Source of the DNA: Candidatus Bathyarchaeota archaeon
Lineage (GTDB): Archaea; Thermoproteota; Bathyarchaeia; 40CM-2-53-6
Length of the DNA stretch: 64,000 bases
NCBI GenBank assembly: GCA_963833125.1
Contig: CAWHWX010000016.1
Span: 64,001 to 128,000, forward strand
Direction of reading: 5' to 3'
Positions within the stretch are counted from its first letter, which is position 1. Every line of letters starts with the position of its first letter. Both the position numbers and the translations under genes were made by a program. Under the pieces are notes generated by a model. The model was not told the DNA's origin and did not search any database. It worked only from the letters and a program-made list of their open reading frames with translations. Below are positions 42,678 to 53,102 of the stretch, piece after piece.

Positions 42678-42817
42678 TGTCAACTCGTCTGATTCTGAGC
42701 TTACGGCTAGTGATAAACGGGTTATCGATGGTTCCTGACTATGACAATTTGAATTGGGGACGATTTGGAACCGAAACTTTCACACATAAGCGAATCCGTG
42801 CCTTTTCTGACATTTGG

Positions 42818-43804
42818 TTAGCGCATCAAAAATGCCAGTACGTATCCCAAGGTCAGCGTCGCTCCAAAGGTCATCTGGAGAAAGGCCGTGCCTCGAACAG
42901 CGCGGCTGAGCGGCTTGCCTTCCACTCCGGAAGCGACAAACCGAGTGAGCCGATACGCTTGTGGAATCGTTAGGAACGCTAAGAGGGTCGACAGAGGCGC
43001 AGAGTTAGTCGCAACAAGCCCTGCTAAGATGATATACGCTCCAGCGATCATCGCGTAAAAGACCAAACGGGAGAAAACCCTACCTCGCTCGATGCCCCAC
43101 GACCTACTTGCCAGTACTGCCCAAGTGATCCGATTTCGCTCCTTGTCTTGTACAATGTCTCGCAGGTTGTTAGCGTGTAGGATGGCCATTACTAGGAGCC
43201 CTACGGGGAGGGAGACAAGCAGGGGGGACCAAGCGAGGCTTCTAGCTTGAACATAGTAGCTGGCAACGACCATGACAGGACCCATGAAGATGAAAACCTC
43301 GAGCTCCCCAAGGCCCCGGTAGCCAAGCGAGACAGGTTTCGCTGTGTAGAACCAAGCTGCCAAAACACTCGTTAGTCCGAGAATTAGGATGATCCATCCA
43401 ACTTGCTTGACTATGTACAAACCGACTATGACACCGAAAGCAAAAGCTACTATTGCAGCCCAGAGCACCTGCCTCGGCCTGAGTTTTCCTTCAAGAATTA
43501 CGCCTGCGGGGCCCAAAGAGTCCGGTTTGTCAACCCCTTGCACATAGTCAAAATACTCGTTAGCCAAGTTTGTTCCTGCCTGCATGGCGACGGACCCGAA
43601 TAGGGTGAGCAGAAAGAGAAACCAGTCCGCATGTCCACCATACCACGCTATAGCGGAACCTACAAGCACGGGGACTATCGACGCTGGATAGGTGAATGGC
43701 CTGAGTGCAATGTACCAGACATGTAACGAATGCCTGTCATTCCGTTGCGGCACAGCCATAACACGTCTTAACCGCGAACCATTCGGGTGCCTGTAATTCA
43801 TCAT
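42818..43804 (-). CDS. menA: 1,4-dihydroxy-2-naphthoate prenyltransferase
   Basis: LRPFT, NEYFDYVQGVD, GYRGLGE and NNLRDIVQD motifs. Confidence 0.9.
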   Translation of the reverse strand: MMNYRHPNGSRLRRVMAVPQRNDRHSLHVWYIALRPFTYPASIVPVLVGSAIAWYGGHADWFLFLLTLFGSVAMQAGTNLANEYFDYVQGVDKPDSLGPAGVILEGKLRPRQVLWAAIVAFAFGVIVGLYIVKQVGWIILILGLTSVLAAWFYTAKPVSLGYRGLGELEVFIFMGPVMVVASYYVQARSLAWSPLLVSLPVGLLVMAILHANNLRDIVQDKERNRITWAVLASRSWGIERGRVFSRLVFYAMIAGAYIILAGLVATNSAPLSTLLAFLTIPQAYRLTRFVASGVEGKPLSRAVRGTAFLQMTFGATLTLGYVLAFLMR

Positions 43805-43822
43805 GTCAGGTTGCTTGGTTAC

Positions 43823-44633
43823 TTACCAAGGAGGTTGATTTCGAAAGCGAGCGTAATTTGGTGCGCGCTTCTCAAGGAAGGCTTTCGTACCTTCCTTGCA
43901 TTCGTCACTCGAGTAGTAAAGCGCCGTAGCTCCGTGTGCGAGGTTTTGGATGCCGTAGACATGATCCGTGTCTGAGTTGAAGGCGTACTTCAGAAAGCGC
44001 AAAGCAGTCGGTGCACGCTGGAGAAGTTCCTTAGCCAAGGACATCACCTCGTTTTCGAGTTGATCAGGTGGAAACACAAAGTTGACGAGCCCCATGTCGA
44101 GAGCTTCTTGGGCAGAGTAACGACGGCACAAATACCAGATCTCTCGAGCTTTCTTTTCGCCAACAATGCGTGCGAGATAAATCGACCCGAAACCACCGTC
44201 GAAGCTACCGTATTTGGGTCCGATTTGTCCGAAGACCGTGCGAGTGGAGGCAACAGTCAGGTCACATAACACATGAAGGACGTGCCCCCCACCAATGGCG
44301 TACCCATCAACCATTGCAATGACGGGTTTCGGTATCTCTCGTATCAACCGGTGGAGGTGGGTAACTTGCAGTCTCGGAGTTCCCGGAATCGTCCTCGTAG
44401 CCGCCCTCACCGCGAATGCTAACGTCGCCCCCTGAACAGAAGTTACCATTTGTCCCGGTGAGAACAACAACTCCAACTTCCCGATCGTACCAAGCGTCTA
44501 AGAAAGCCTGTCGCATCTCATCTATCGTCAGCGGTCGAAAGGCATTGAGCACTTTAGGCCGGTTCATCCGAACGAACGCTACGCCGTCCTTCTTTTCGTA
44601 GAGTATGTCTTGGAACTCCATTTCAAATACCAC
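43823..44633 (-). CDS. menB: 1,4-dihydroxy-2-naphthoyl-CoA synthase (frameshift ~44385)
   Basis: [36 protein letters not shown] and [11 protein letters not shown] motifs. Confidence 0.93.
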
Positions 44634-44677
44634 ATTTCCTAGTTTTAGTCAGCGCTTGCTTCTTAAGACGGTCGTTT

Positions 44678-45919
44678 TCAAACCAAGCCGAGCGATCTCA
44701 GGCGGGCAATCTCATTTCGGGAGTGGCCGAGCATTTCTTGGAGCACTTCATCGGTGTGTTCGCCTAGGTCGGGCGAAGGACCTTGGGGGCCTGAAGAAGC
44801 GCCGTCTACTTTGAAGGGGGTGTTGGCAACTTTCCAGTTTCCCAATCTCTTGTGGGGTATCTCTGCGATCATGCCTCGGTAAAGTACCTGAGAATCCTTG
44901 GCTACGGAGTCAATAGCGTTGACTGGACCGGATGGAATTTCAAGCCTAGAGAATTCTTCAAGCCAGGCTTGAGAAGTTTTCTTGCGCATAGCTTCTTCGA
45001 TCAAGGGCGCGAGAACATCGTAGTTCTGTACTCTAGATGGCGCGTCACTAAAGCGAGGATCTTTCGCGAGTTCAGGGTGCCCGATCGCGGAACAGAAGCG
45101 GTTCCAAGGCTCAGAGCTGTCGGAGATTAGCGCAACCACGATGTATCCGTCTTGTGTGGCAAATGATTGAAAAGGAACTGCGGCTGGGTGGCGTGATCCC
45201 AATGGCCCCGGCACCTTACCCGTGGCAAAGTACCTTGAAAACGCATTCTCCATCATAGTTACTTGACAATCTAACATTGAAATGTCGATATTTCGCCCCT
45301 GTCCGGTGCGTTCCCTTTCCCATAGGGCGACGAGTATTGCTAACGCAGCAAAGAGTCCGGCAACGCTGTCGCCAAGCGAGGCCCCGGGCCGCACAGGCCG
45401 CCCATTGGGTTCCCCGGTCACGCTCATCATGCCCCCCATCGCCTGAACAATGATGTCTAGAGCCGGATAGTGGGTGTAGGGGCCGCTTTGGCCGAAGCCT
45501 GAGATGGATGCGTAAATCAGGCGGGGATTCAGAGCCCTCACACTCGCATAGTCGAGCCCGAATCCCTTCATTGTTCCAGGCACGAAGTTCTCAACCAGAA
45601 CATCAGCGTGCTGGCACAGTTCCCGTGCCATCTTCTGTCCCTCCTCGCGGGAGAGATCTAGGGTGACGCTTTTTTTCCCTCGATTTACGCTCATGAAATA
45701 TGCGCTGTCTCCGCTTACTTGAGGACCCAAGCGCCGCGCTTCATCTCCCAAGCCTGGCCGCTCAACTTTGATCACCTTCGCGCCAAGGTCTGCGAGAAGC
45801 ATCGTGCAGAAGGGACCAGAAAGCAGGTGGCTGATTTCTAGGACCGTTATCCCAGCTAGAGGACTTAACGCAAGGCCTCTCGCGGGAGAGTCTCGATCGA
45901 TCATGAGGCACAAGATCAA
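44678..45919 (-). CDS. Family III (CaiB/BaiF) CoA-transferase
   Basis: PLAGITVLE, GPFCTMLLADLGAKVIKVE, NRGKKS, ENF, SISGFG; catalytic Asp in PGASLGD; PDLGEHTDEVL. Intact ORF. Confidence 0.93.
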   Translation of the reverse strand: MILCLMIDRDSPARGLALSPLAGITVLEISHLLSGPFCTMLLADLGAKVIKVERPGLGDEARRLGPQVSGDSAYFMSVNRGKKSVTLDLSREEGQKMARELCQHADVLVENFVPGTMKGFGLDYASVRALNPRLIYASISGFGQSGPYTHYPALDIIVQAMGGMMSVTGEPNGRPVRPGASLGDSVAGLFAALAILVALWERERTGQGRNIDISMLDCQVTMMENAFSRYFATGKVPGPLGSRHPAAVPFQSFATQDGYIVVALISDSSEPWNRFCSAIGHPELAKDPRFSDAPSRVQNYDVLAPLIEEAMRKKTSQAWLEEFSRLEIPSGPVNAIDSVAKDSQVLYRGMIAEIPHKRLGNWKVANTPFKVDGASSGPQGPSPDLGEHTDEVLQEMLGHSRNEIARLRSLGLV

Positions 45920-45988
45920 GCTCAGCGAAATTATACTCTGCGGTTGGGCTGTTGCTCGCTGAGGCAGGTTCAGCGCTAGAGCGACTAA

Positions 45989-46800
45989 CTACCAGTGCGA
46001 TTCACGGAGGAAGTCGAGTACGACTCTGTTGAACTCTTGAGGCTTCTCTATGTGCGGGGCATGTCCTGCGCCTGCTATAATGGAAAGACGGCCGTTTCGT
46101 AGTTTACTGCACATCTCTTTTGCGATCGCGCTGAACTTGTGGTCGTATTCACCAGCAATGCAGAGGACCGAAATGTTAAGCTTGGAAAGCGATTTGTGGA
46201 AGGATGGTTGGACACCGGAGCCGGCCTGTGCGCAAAGAATTCGCGAGCCCCGTGGGATTGTTTGCGAGCCGTTGGTTTCTGATGTGTTCTTGGACTTTGC
46301 GGGGAAGCAGTTTTTGAGTGGCGAATATTGGTTGTTGCTCCCAGTATTTCGAGAATTTCTCAACGCCTGCTTTCGTGATTAGGCGTGCCAGCGCCTCATC
46401 GCGTTTCTTCCTGCGTGTCCTTTGTTTTGGTTCGATAATTCCTGGGGATGCGCCTTCAAGCACTAGGCACCCGCACTTGTTAGGCATTAACGCAGCCGCT
46501 GCGAGTGCGATTCGGCCTCCAATAGAGTATCCTAACCAGCAAGCACGAGAGACATCTGATTTGTCGAGGACTGCGGCAATATCGACGATGGAGCGTTGAA
46601 TACGATATCTCTTGGGATCATCGGGGGCATCTGAACCACCGTGCCCTAGCAAGTCGACTGTGATGATGGTGTATCCATTCTGTGCCTCTTGTACGAACTG
46701 ACTCCAAGTGGACATGGATCCTGCGAATCCGTGAAGTGCGACGATTGCTGGTCCCGAACCCGCGGACTTTGACATTGAGGTTGATTTCGTTGACCAGCAC
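45989..46800 (-). CDS. menH: SHCHC synthase (alpha/beta hydrolase; frameshifted)
   Basis: LHGF, GYSIGGR (Ser), GEYDHKF (Asp), AGHAPHIE (His); lies directly after menD. Confidence 0.85.
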
Positions 46801-46804
46801 GCCT

Positions 46805-48599
46805 TCAGGTCCGCTCCGTGAGCGTGCTCTCCGCCGCCTCTGTCGAAAGGGACCAAATGCGACGATGAAGCTCAACGTTTCGGTCTCTGTCAGTTTGCAA
46901 TTCCACTACAGCTGTGCCTTTGGATCCGATGTTCCGTGAAACGGCGGTGTGGAATTCTTCCCATGATGTAACCTTGGAATAGGTTAGACCGTAAAGGGAG
47001 GCCGCTGCTTGGAAGGTAAGGCCGTGTGGAGTTGCGAAGTACTTTTCGAAGTAGTCCTCGTACTCTCGCTGGGCAAGAAAAGAGAAAATGCCCCCGCCGT
47101 CATTGTTTGCTAATACGATTGTTGTGTTAGGGTTGTATTTCTTTGCTGCCAGCAGGCCATTCATGTCTTGATAGAACGAAAGGTCGCCGACTACGAGTAC
47201 TGTTGGCTCTTGGGTAACTACGCTGGCTCCTAGGGCGGTTGAGATCACACCATCTATTCCGCTTGCTCCTCGATTGGACAAGAATCGAATCTCTTGAGAG
47301 GTTGACGGATAGAATGAGTCAAGGTCACGCACCGGCATGCTGTTGCCAGCAAACAGCGTCGCTTTGTTCGGAACGAAAGTCGCTAAATTGGTGAAAATCT
47401 TCCCTTCGAACATCTCTTCGATCTTGCTCATCTGGTCATGAATAACCTGGCGAGTTCTCTCAGCAACTCGCATCCACAGTCCGGACCATTCTCCCTTAGG
47501 GCGAGTCGCGGTCTCAGCGGCAAGTTCTCTTGCGAATTGATTGGGGTCCGTCTGAACCATGTCGGTAGCAGTATGCATTGGGTCTTGCCAGTTCCCTTCT
47601 TGGATTAGTATTTGGCGGGCTCGGTGATTTTGCTCAATGTAGTTTTGTAATGCTTTAGACGTGGGTGTCGCACCGAACCGCAGGATAATTTCAGGTTCCA
47701 ATTCCCGAACCATTTTCGTGGAGCGTAGGAAATCGTCGTAGCAGTCAACGTTCAGTCCTCGGTCGTGTATGCCGCATCGAACTTGAGATAGGGGGTCGGC
47801 TAGTATTGGGAAACCTAGGCGGTTGGCTAACGTCGAGACTGCATGTGGGAAGCCTAAATCATCTTGTGGGCCGCAGACAATTATTCCATTCCTCAGAGAC
47901 TGTATCTCACTTCCCAACTCCTTGACTTTCTCTATGTTGGTGGAACGTCGCCCGTTCTGCACATCGGTGTAAGGTCTGCCCTTCTTTCGACCTTCCCAAG
48001 CGTCTTGGACTTCGACGGAAGTTTGCTCAGGGATATCCGAGGGAACGATTTTGGGTACTAATGGTTCTCCGAACGGGAAGTTGATCTGCACAGGACCAGC
48101 GGGCGATTGAATCGCAGTGCTCAATGCGCGGCATGTCATTTCACGCACATACCTCAGCAAATCAAGCTTCATTTCTGGACTAGCCATGTTGACGGACCAT
48201 TTTGTGTGCCCTCCGTACATCCGGGTCTGGTCGATTGTTTGATTCGCACCCCATTCCCACAACTCTGGAGGACGGTCCGCTGTCAAAATCAGGATTGGCA
48301 CATGTGAATAGCACGCCTCGACCACAGCGGGAAAGAAGTTAGCCGCTGCTGTACCAGACGTGCTGACGATGGCGACCGGCTGGTTAAGGGCGCGGCTCAT
48401 CCCAAGCGCGAAATACGCTGCTGAACGCTCATCAGAATGGAGCCCAGACTTTGATGAGCTGCTGCTGCGCCAGGCTCATCACCAAGGGCGTTGATCGCGA
48501 ACCGGGGCAGATGCATGCATGTCGCAGCCCCGAACGGGCCAGTTCATCAACAAATGCTTCGGAGAAAGCGTAGTTGCGATTCGGTGGGAGCGGCATCAT
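46805..48599 (-). CDS. menD: SEPHCHC synthase (frameshift ~48443)
   Basis: CPGSRSTPL, DERSAAYF, TSGTAAAN, ADRP, NSMPVRD, NRGASGIDG and GDLSF..NNDGGGIF motifs; ATGA overlap with menF. Confidence 0.93.
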
Positions 48600-50047
48600 G
48601 CCACTCCCAAGGCGGTCAGGAGCGGCTTGAATTTTATCATGGTTTCCTGATCTTCACGGTCTGGGTCGGAGCCCGAAACAATCCCGGCCCCAGCGTACAG
48701 TAACGCCTCATTGCCGCGCAAGAGTGCACATCGGATTGCGATGGCAAATTCCCCGTTTCCATTCTTGTCAACCCATCCGACAGGTCCCGTGTACCAACCG
48801 CGATCAAACTTCTCAAGCCTCTCGATCATTTCAAGGGCTGGCTCGAGAGGCGTGCCACCTACAGCTGGCGTTGGATGTAAGCCACTCACAAAATCTAGGA
48901 CATTGGAACCTTTCTTTGGTCGACCCGTAAAACGGGTCGCTAGATGCTGAACGTTGCCAAGTCGCATCAAGTGGGGAGCGTCGTCCCACTGAAGTTTAGA
49001 GCAGAGCCTTCCCATTCGTTCAGAAATCCAGTTAACGACAACTTCGTGTTCCATTCGTTCCTTAACATTTCCTAACAGCCATTCCGAAAGCTGTGAGTCC
49101 TCGTTCTCCGAAGTGCCGCGGGGAGCCGAACCTGCTAAACAGGTCGAACTCACTTCTTCTCCATGAATGCTCACCAACTCCTCAGGTGAAGCCCCCACAA
49201 AAGATGTCCCTCGACGACAGAAAGCGAATACGCGACATTCAGGATAATTAGCTGCGAGGCTTCGGAGGACGGCTTCTGGAGGTATTGGTATTCCAGCGCG
49301 TAACTTGAGGGTACGTGCCAAAGTGACTTTGGTTAGCCTTCCATCTTTGACTTCGTCCAGAGCCTGTTCCACACTTCGCCGCCAAAGATCATCAGCCGAT
49401 TGAGATTTTATTGAAGCCGACACAGGTTTAGATGAGTCACCAGGCGAGTCGAAAAGCTCGGCAGCTTGAAGCGTCAGATCCTTTAGTACAGAATCAACGT
49501 CCGTGCGTCCGTTAACGACGACATTGACGGTCAACCAGCGCCGACCGTTCGGTTGGGATGTGATCATCCATCGGGGCAGTGTCAGGAGGCCATCGTGAAA
49601 ATCTTCCCAAAGTCCATCAGCAGGCGGTCGTGGGTTGAATCGGAATCCTCCCATGAAAACCGGTCCGGGACCGCCGTTTTCCTCAACAATCGCCGGGCTC
49701 ATCGTGTCCTGGAGTAAGGTAGCGGCTTGTTGGAATCTCCGAGGGCCCTCAACGACTAGGTCAGCAGCATTACCCGCACCTACTATCCAAGATTCGTCAG
49801 CGGGGAGGGCCCAATAATTCCTAGTATTATCAACTCGCGCTGCAGCGGAAAAGACATGCACCGGATCAATTTCATGTGCAAGGTGCTGGGTGAGCGATAC
49901 AAGTACCGGTCTGTTCACTTCGGTTGAGCGTCGTTTTCCATCAGAAATGAGCCCCAGCACTCTGTCCAAGGAAATCCTATAGGGACGTTGAGGTAAGCGA
50001 TCCATCGCACTGTCTTGCGACCGTATCCCTATGGATCTCTCTCGCAT
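48596..50047 (-). CDS. menF: Isochorismate synthase
   Basis: KVTLAR, GASPE, LAGS, KERMEH, VQHL, LHPTPAV, AIRCA and AGAGIV motifs. Confidence 0.92.
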   Translation of the reverse strand: MRERSIGIRSQDSAMDRLPQRPYRISLDRVLGLISDGKRRSTEVNRPVLVSLTQHLAHEIDPVHVFSAAARVDNTRNYWALPADESWIVGAGNAADLVVEGPRRFQQAATLLQDTMSPAIVEENGGPGPVFMGGFRFNPRPPADGLWEDFHDGLLTLPRWMITSQPNGRRWLTVNVVVNGRTDVDSVLKDLTLQAAELFDSPGDSSKPVSASIKSQSADDLWRRSVEQALDEVKDGRLTKVTLARTLKLRAGIPIPPEAVLRSLAANYPECRVFAFCRRGTSFVGASPEELVSIHGEEVSSTCLAGSAPRGTSENEDSQLSEWLLGNVKERMEHEVVVNWISERMGRLCSKLQWDDAPHLMRLGNVQHLATRFTGRPKKGSNVLDFVSGLHPTPAVGGTPLEPALEMIERLEKFDRGWYTGPVGWVDKNGNGEFAIAIRCALLRGNEALLYAGAGIVSGSDPDREDQETMIKFKPLLTALGVA

Positions 50048-50285
50048 TCTCTCTCGCTTCCTCTTCTTCCCGAAGACAGCCTTTGTCGCTCATAATTTCT
50101 CAGACAGAAGAACCTATCCTAATTCTAAGCTCCAATGACCAACTGCGCAAAGTAGGCACGGTATCGTTGATAAAAGGAGAACTGCAAATAGATGGGGACA
50201 TATGGCGTTACTTAGCCAGAACGCCGTTGGATTCATTTGATGGAGTACGAAAGGCATCATTTAGGCTAGACGGGAGGTTGGCAAA

Positions 50286-51434
50286 ATGAATTCTCCGCAA
50301 CTGACGCCTATCGACTCCCTAGAGTTGCGCATTATCCGGTTGCCGCTTGTTGCTCCGTTCGAGAGCAGTACTAGCGTAGAAACCGTCAAGGAGGCTCTGC
50401 TCGTGCTCGTTGAAAAGGAAGGGGTTGTTGGTTATGGGGAATGCGTTGCTGGGACTGGGCCTTGGTATAGCGAAGAAACGATAGAGTCTGCGGGATACGT
50501 CATAAAGCAATTCCTAGCGCCATTACTCTTTTCAAATGCTTTCACGAATCCTGCACAGTTTCTTGATGGCACTCGACGATTAAGGGGGAACAATATGGCA
50601 GTAGCTTCGGTCGAGATGGCACTTTGGGATCTCATGGGAAAATTAAAGCGACAACCGCTTTCCAAGCTACTGGAAGGTTCCAAGACAGAGGTTGAAGTTG
50701 GAGTAAGCGTAGGGATTCAACCCTCAATTGAAAAACTGGTCGATAAGGTCGCATTGCGTGTTGCAGAAGGATACAAGCGAATAAAGACAAAAATTAAGCC
50801 AGGGTTCGATCTCGAACCCGTGAGAGCTATCAGGAAACGCTTTCCTGATATTCCTCTCCAAGTGGACGCGAACTCGGCCTACACCCTTGAGGATTTGCCT
50901 CTACTGAAACAACTTGACGGGTTCAACCTGTTATTGATTGAGCAGCCACTGGCGCCTGACGATATCATTGATCATTCAAAATTGCAAAAGCACCTTTCGA
51001 CACCGGTTTGCCTTGACGAGAGCATACGTAGCATGGACGACGCGAGGCAGGCGATAGAAATTGATGCGTGCAGGGTGATAAATATCAAACCCGGACGGCT
51101 GAGAGGTCTGAAATGTTCGAGACAATTGCATGATTTCTGTATGGCACGGAAAATTCCAGTATGGTGCGGGGGAATGCTTGAAACTGGCATTGGTAGAGCG
51201 TTTAATGTCGCGTTAGCTTCCTTGCCGGGATTTACTCTTCCAGGTGACACGTCCGCTAGCAGACTGTATTTCAAGAAGGACATAATCACCAAAGAGTTCG
51301 AACTAACTGAGAACGGAACGCTTGAGGTACCGCGTGAACCTGGAATAGGGGTTCAAGTGGACACGAAGTTTCTTGAATCACAGACAATTTCGGAGGAAAG
51401 GATACTGCCACGAGCAATCGGTTTCAAACCGTAA
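50286..51434 (+). CDS. menC: o-succinylbenzoate synthase (OSBS/NSAR-type enolase superfamily)
   Basis: KTKIK, VDAN, IEQP, LDES, WCGGMLE and PGDTS motifs; divergent from menF. Confidence 0.9.
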   Translation: MNSPQLTPIDSLELRIIRLPLVAPFESSTSVETVKEALLVLVEKEGVVGYGECVAGTGPWYSEETIESAGYVIKQFLAPLLFSNAFTNPAQFLDGTRRLRGNNMAVASVEMALWDLMGKLKRQPLSKLLEGSKTEVEVGVSVGIQPSIEKLVDKVALRVAEGYKRIKTKIKPGFDLEPVRAIRKRFPDIPLQVDANSAYTLEDLPLLKQLDGFNLLLIEQPLAPDDIIDHSKLQKHLSTPVCLDESIRSMDDARQAIEIDACRVINIKPGRLRGLKCSRQLHDFCMARKIPVWCGGMLETGIGRAFNVALASLPGFTLPGDTSASRLYFKKDIITKEFELTENGTLEVPREPGIGVQVDTKFLESQTISEERILPRAIGFKP

Positions 51435-51486
51435 AGTCGATCTAAGCAATCCCGCTCGAGTAAAGGCTCAGATCAAAAGTCGACGT

Positions 51487-51762
51487 TTACTGGGTAGGCG
51501 TTATCATGCCGTTACGCGGTAATTTTACCTGAAGAATTCCAGAGTAGTTAACGGCTTGCCCGTTGTCCACTTTAACGTAGTCACCTTTCTGAATTGGTTT
51601 TGCGAGGTTTCTGTAATTGTATCTGACGAACGTTCTACCACTTTCATCATCAAGTACAAGCATGAACTGGTTCATGTCGAAGATCTTTCCTTCTAAATGG
51701 ATGTTCCTCATCCCGTTGCGTATCTCTTCAATTCTCAATCTACATGTTCCTCCCGCATTCAC
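51487..51762 (-). CDS. Small OB-fold (SSB-like) protein
   Basis: IEEIRNGMRNIHLEGKI, LDDESG, GDYVKVDNG and YSGILQV pattern. Confidence 0.65.
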   Translation of the reverse strand: MNAGGTCRLRIEEIRNGMRNIHLEGKIFDMNQFMLVLDDESGRTFVRYNYRNLAKPIQKGDYVKVDNGQAVNYSGILQVKLPRNGMITPTQ

Positions 51763-52026
51763 AAACGGTTAAGGAGCCTAGAGGCTTACCCGCCATCGAC
51801 AGGTTCCGTTGACCTGCCAACATGAAAAACTACCTTTCAGTTCTCCCACCGCGTTTCGTATATGCCACACATAATAAGCGGAGGAGAATGTAACCTTCTC
51901 GGTTTCGTCTCGGGAACTAGATTTTGATCGCATATCCAATCATTGTCGAACTAGCCAATGCGATAGAGGTTTGATAGCGGAATGTAGTATAGCTTTATTT
52001 ACGTTCGGTCGCTTCCTAAGCGTCGG

Positions 52027-52063
52027 TACGCTGCGATTGTACTTCGGTACTATGGTACGCGTA
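52027..52063 (+). promoter_or_regulatory. Putative structured 5' leader hairpin with cUUCGg tetraloop
   Basis: 14 bp of pairing around TTCG (52043-52046), between a TATA-like TTTATTTA (~51995) and ATG 52093. Confidence 0.45.
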
Positions 52064-52092
52064 ACTAAAGCATAGAGTGGTGTTAGTTGAGT

Positions 52093-52236
52093 ATGAGTCA
52101 AGAAGGATATGGCGGCCGAACTATGTACAAGGTTACATGTTCTGACTGCGGTGCTGAGACTGAAGTGCCGTTCAAGCCTACGCAAGGCCGACCAGTCTAT
52201 TGTAGAGCCTGCTACCAGAAACACAGACGATACTAG
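52093..52236 (+). CDS. CxxC-x17-CxxC zinc-ribbon small protein (47 aa; not in the ORF track)
   Basis: Translates as MSQEGYGGRTMYKVTCSDCGAETEVPFKPTQGRPVYCRACYQKHRRY*. Confidence 0.9.
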   Translation: MSQEGYGGRTMYKVTCSDCGAETEVPFKPTQGRPVYCRACYQKHRRY

Positions 52237-52261
52237 TCAATTTCTGGTATAATCCCATTAG

Positions 52262-52291
52262 TTTCCTTTTCTTATCTTTCTGTTCTTCCTT
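52262..52291 (+). terminator. Pyrimidine/oligo-T tract, archaeal-type terminator
   Basis: T-rich tract directly after the small Zn-ribbon gene. Confidence 0.5.
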
Positions 52292-52375
52292 GTACGTCGT
52301 AACTTAGTTCGTTGCCGTTAGAGTCTAGATTGCAATTGTTGAAATTCCCGGCTGTCGATTGTTACTGGGTTACAA

Positions 52376-52969
52376 ATGGAATTTGAGAAAGTAGTTCTGA
52401 AGCGAAGAATGGTCAGAAACTTCCAACCAAAACCTGTACCAAAGGAGATCGTTGACAAAATTCTAACGCTAGCTCTGCATGCGCCGAGCGCCGGATTCAG
52501 TCAAGGCTGGGCGTACATTGTGGTCCGAGATGAGAAGTTAAGGAAACAAATTGGAGAGCTACAGGGGGAGACGGACTTCTATGCTACTCGGCGGTTCCAC
52601 AGGTTCGTGTCAGAGGCCCCCTTGCTAATCGTAGCTTGCGCGAGCGAGAAGATCTACCACGAACGGTACAGAGAGCCAGACAAATTGAACGAAGATGGAA
52701 CTGAGATCGAATGGCCAACTCCATACTGGTACTTCGACATTGGCGCTGCATGTATGCTAATCTTCCTCGCAGCCGTCAACGAGGGCTACGCCTCTGCCTT
52801 CACGGGAGTATTCCGAGTCCAGGAAATGAACAAGCTGCTTGGAATTCCAGATGACTTTCATCCCGTTGGAGTAATCTCGATTGGACTTCGGGCGAAGGAT
52901 GTTACGTCCCCATCACTCAAGCGTGGTCGGAAGTCGTTTGAACAGACTGTACACTACGAACACTGGTAG
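52376..52969 (+). CDS. Nitroreductase family protein
   Basis: RRMVRNF, APSAGFSQ and YWYFDIG motifs. Confidence 0.9.
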   Translation: MEFEKVVLKRRMVRNFQPKPVPKEIVDKILTLALHAPSAGFSQGWAYIVVRDEKLRKQIGELQGETDFYATRRFHRFVSEAPLLIVACASEKIYHERYREPDKLNEDGTEIEWPTPYWYFDIGAACMLIFLAAVNEGYASAFTGVFRVQEMNKLLGIPDDFHPVGVISIGLRAKDVTSPSLKRGRKSFEQTVHYEHW

Positions 52970-53102
52970 GGCAAACTTGGGCTTTTGGCACTAGTCGCCC
53001 TGACTTCCGGTCTCTGCATACGCAGAATGATCTTGAATCGTGTTTTCGCCTTGCGTCACCCCTTTTAATATTCCGATGATATTCATCGACGTGTGAGTCA
53101 AG

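Noticed and set aside
32288-48599. Programmed ribosomal frameshifting
   Set aside because: The indels are scattered, occur in both directions and lack consistent slippery sites.
50083-50289. 68-aa ORF before menC as a possible menE or menI fragment
   Set aside because: No AMP-binding or hot-dog-fold motif; most likely the divergent promoter region.
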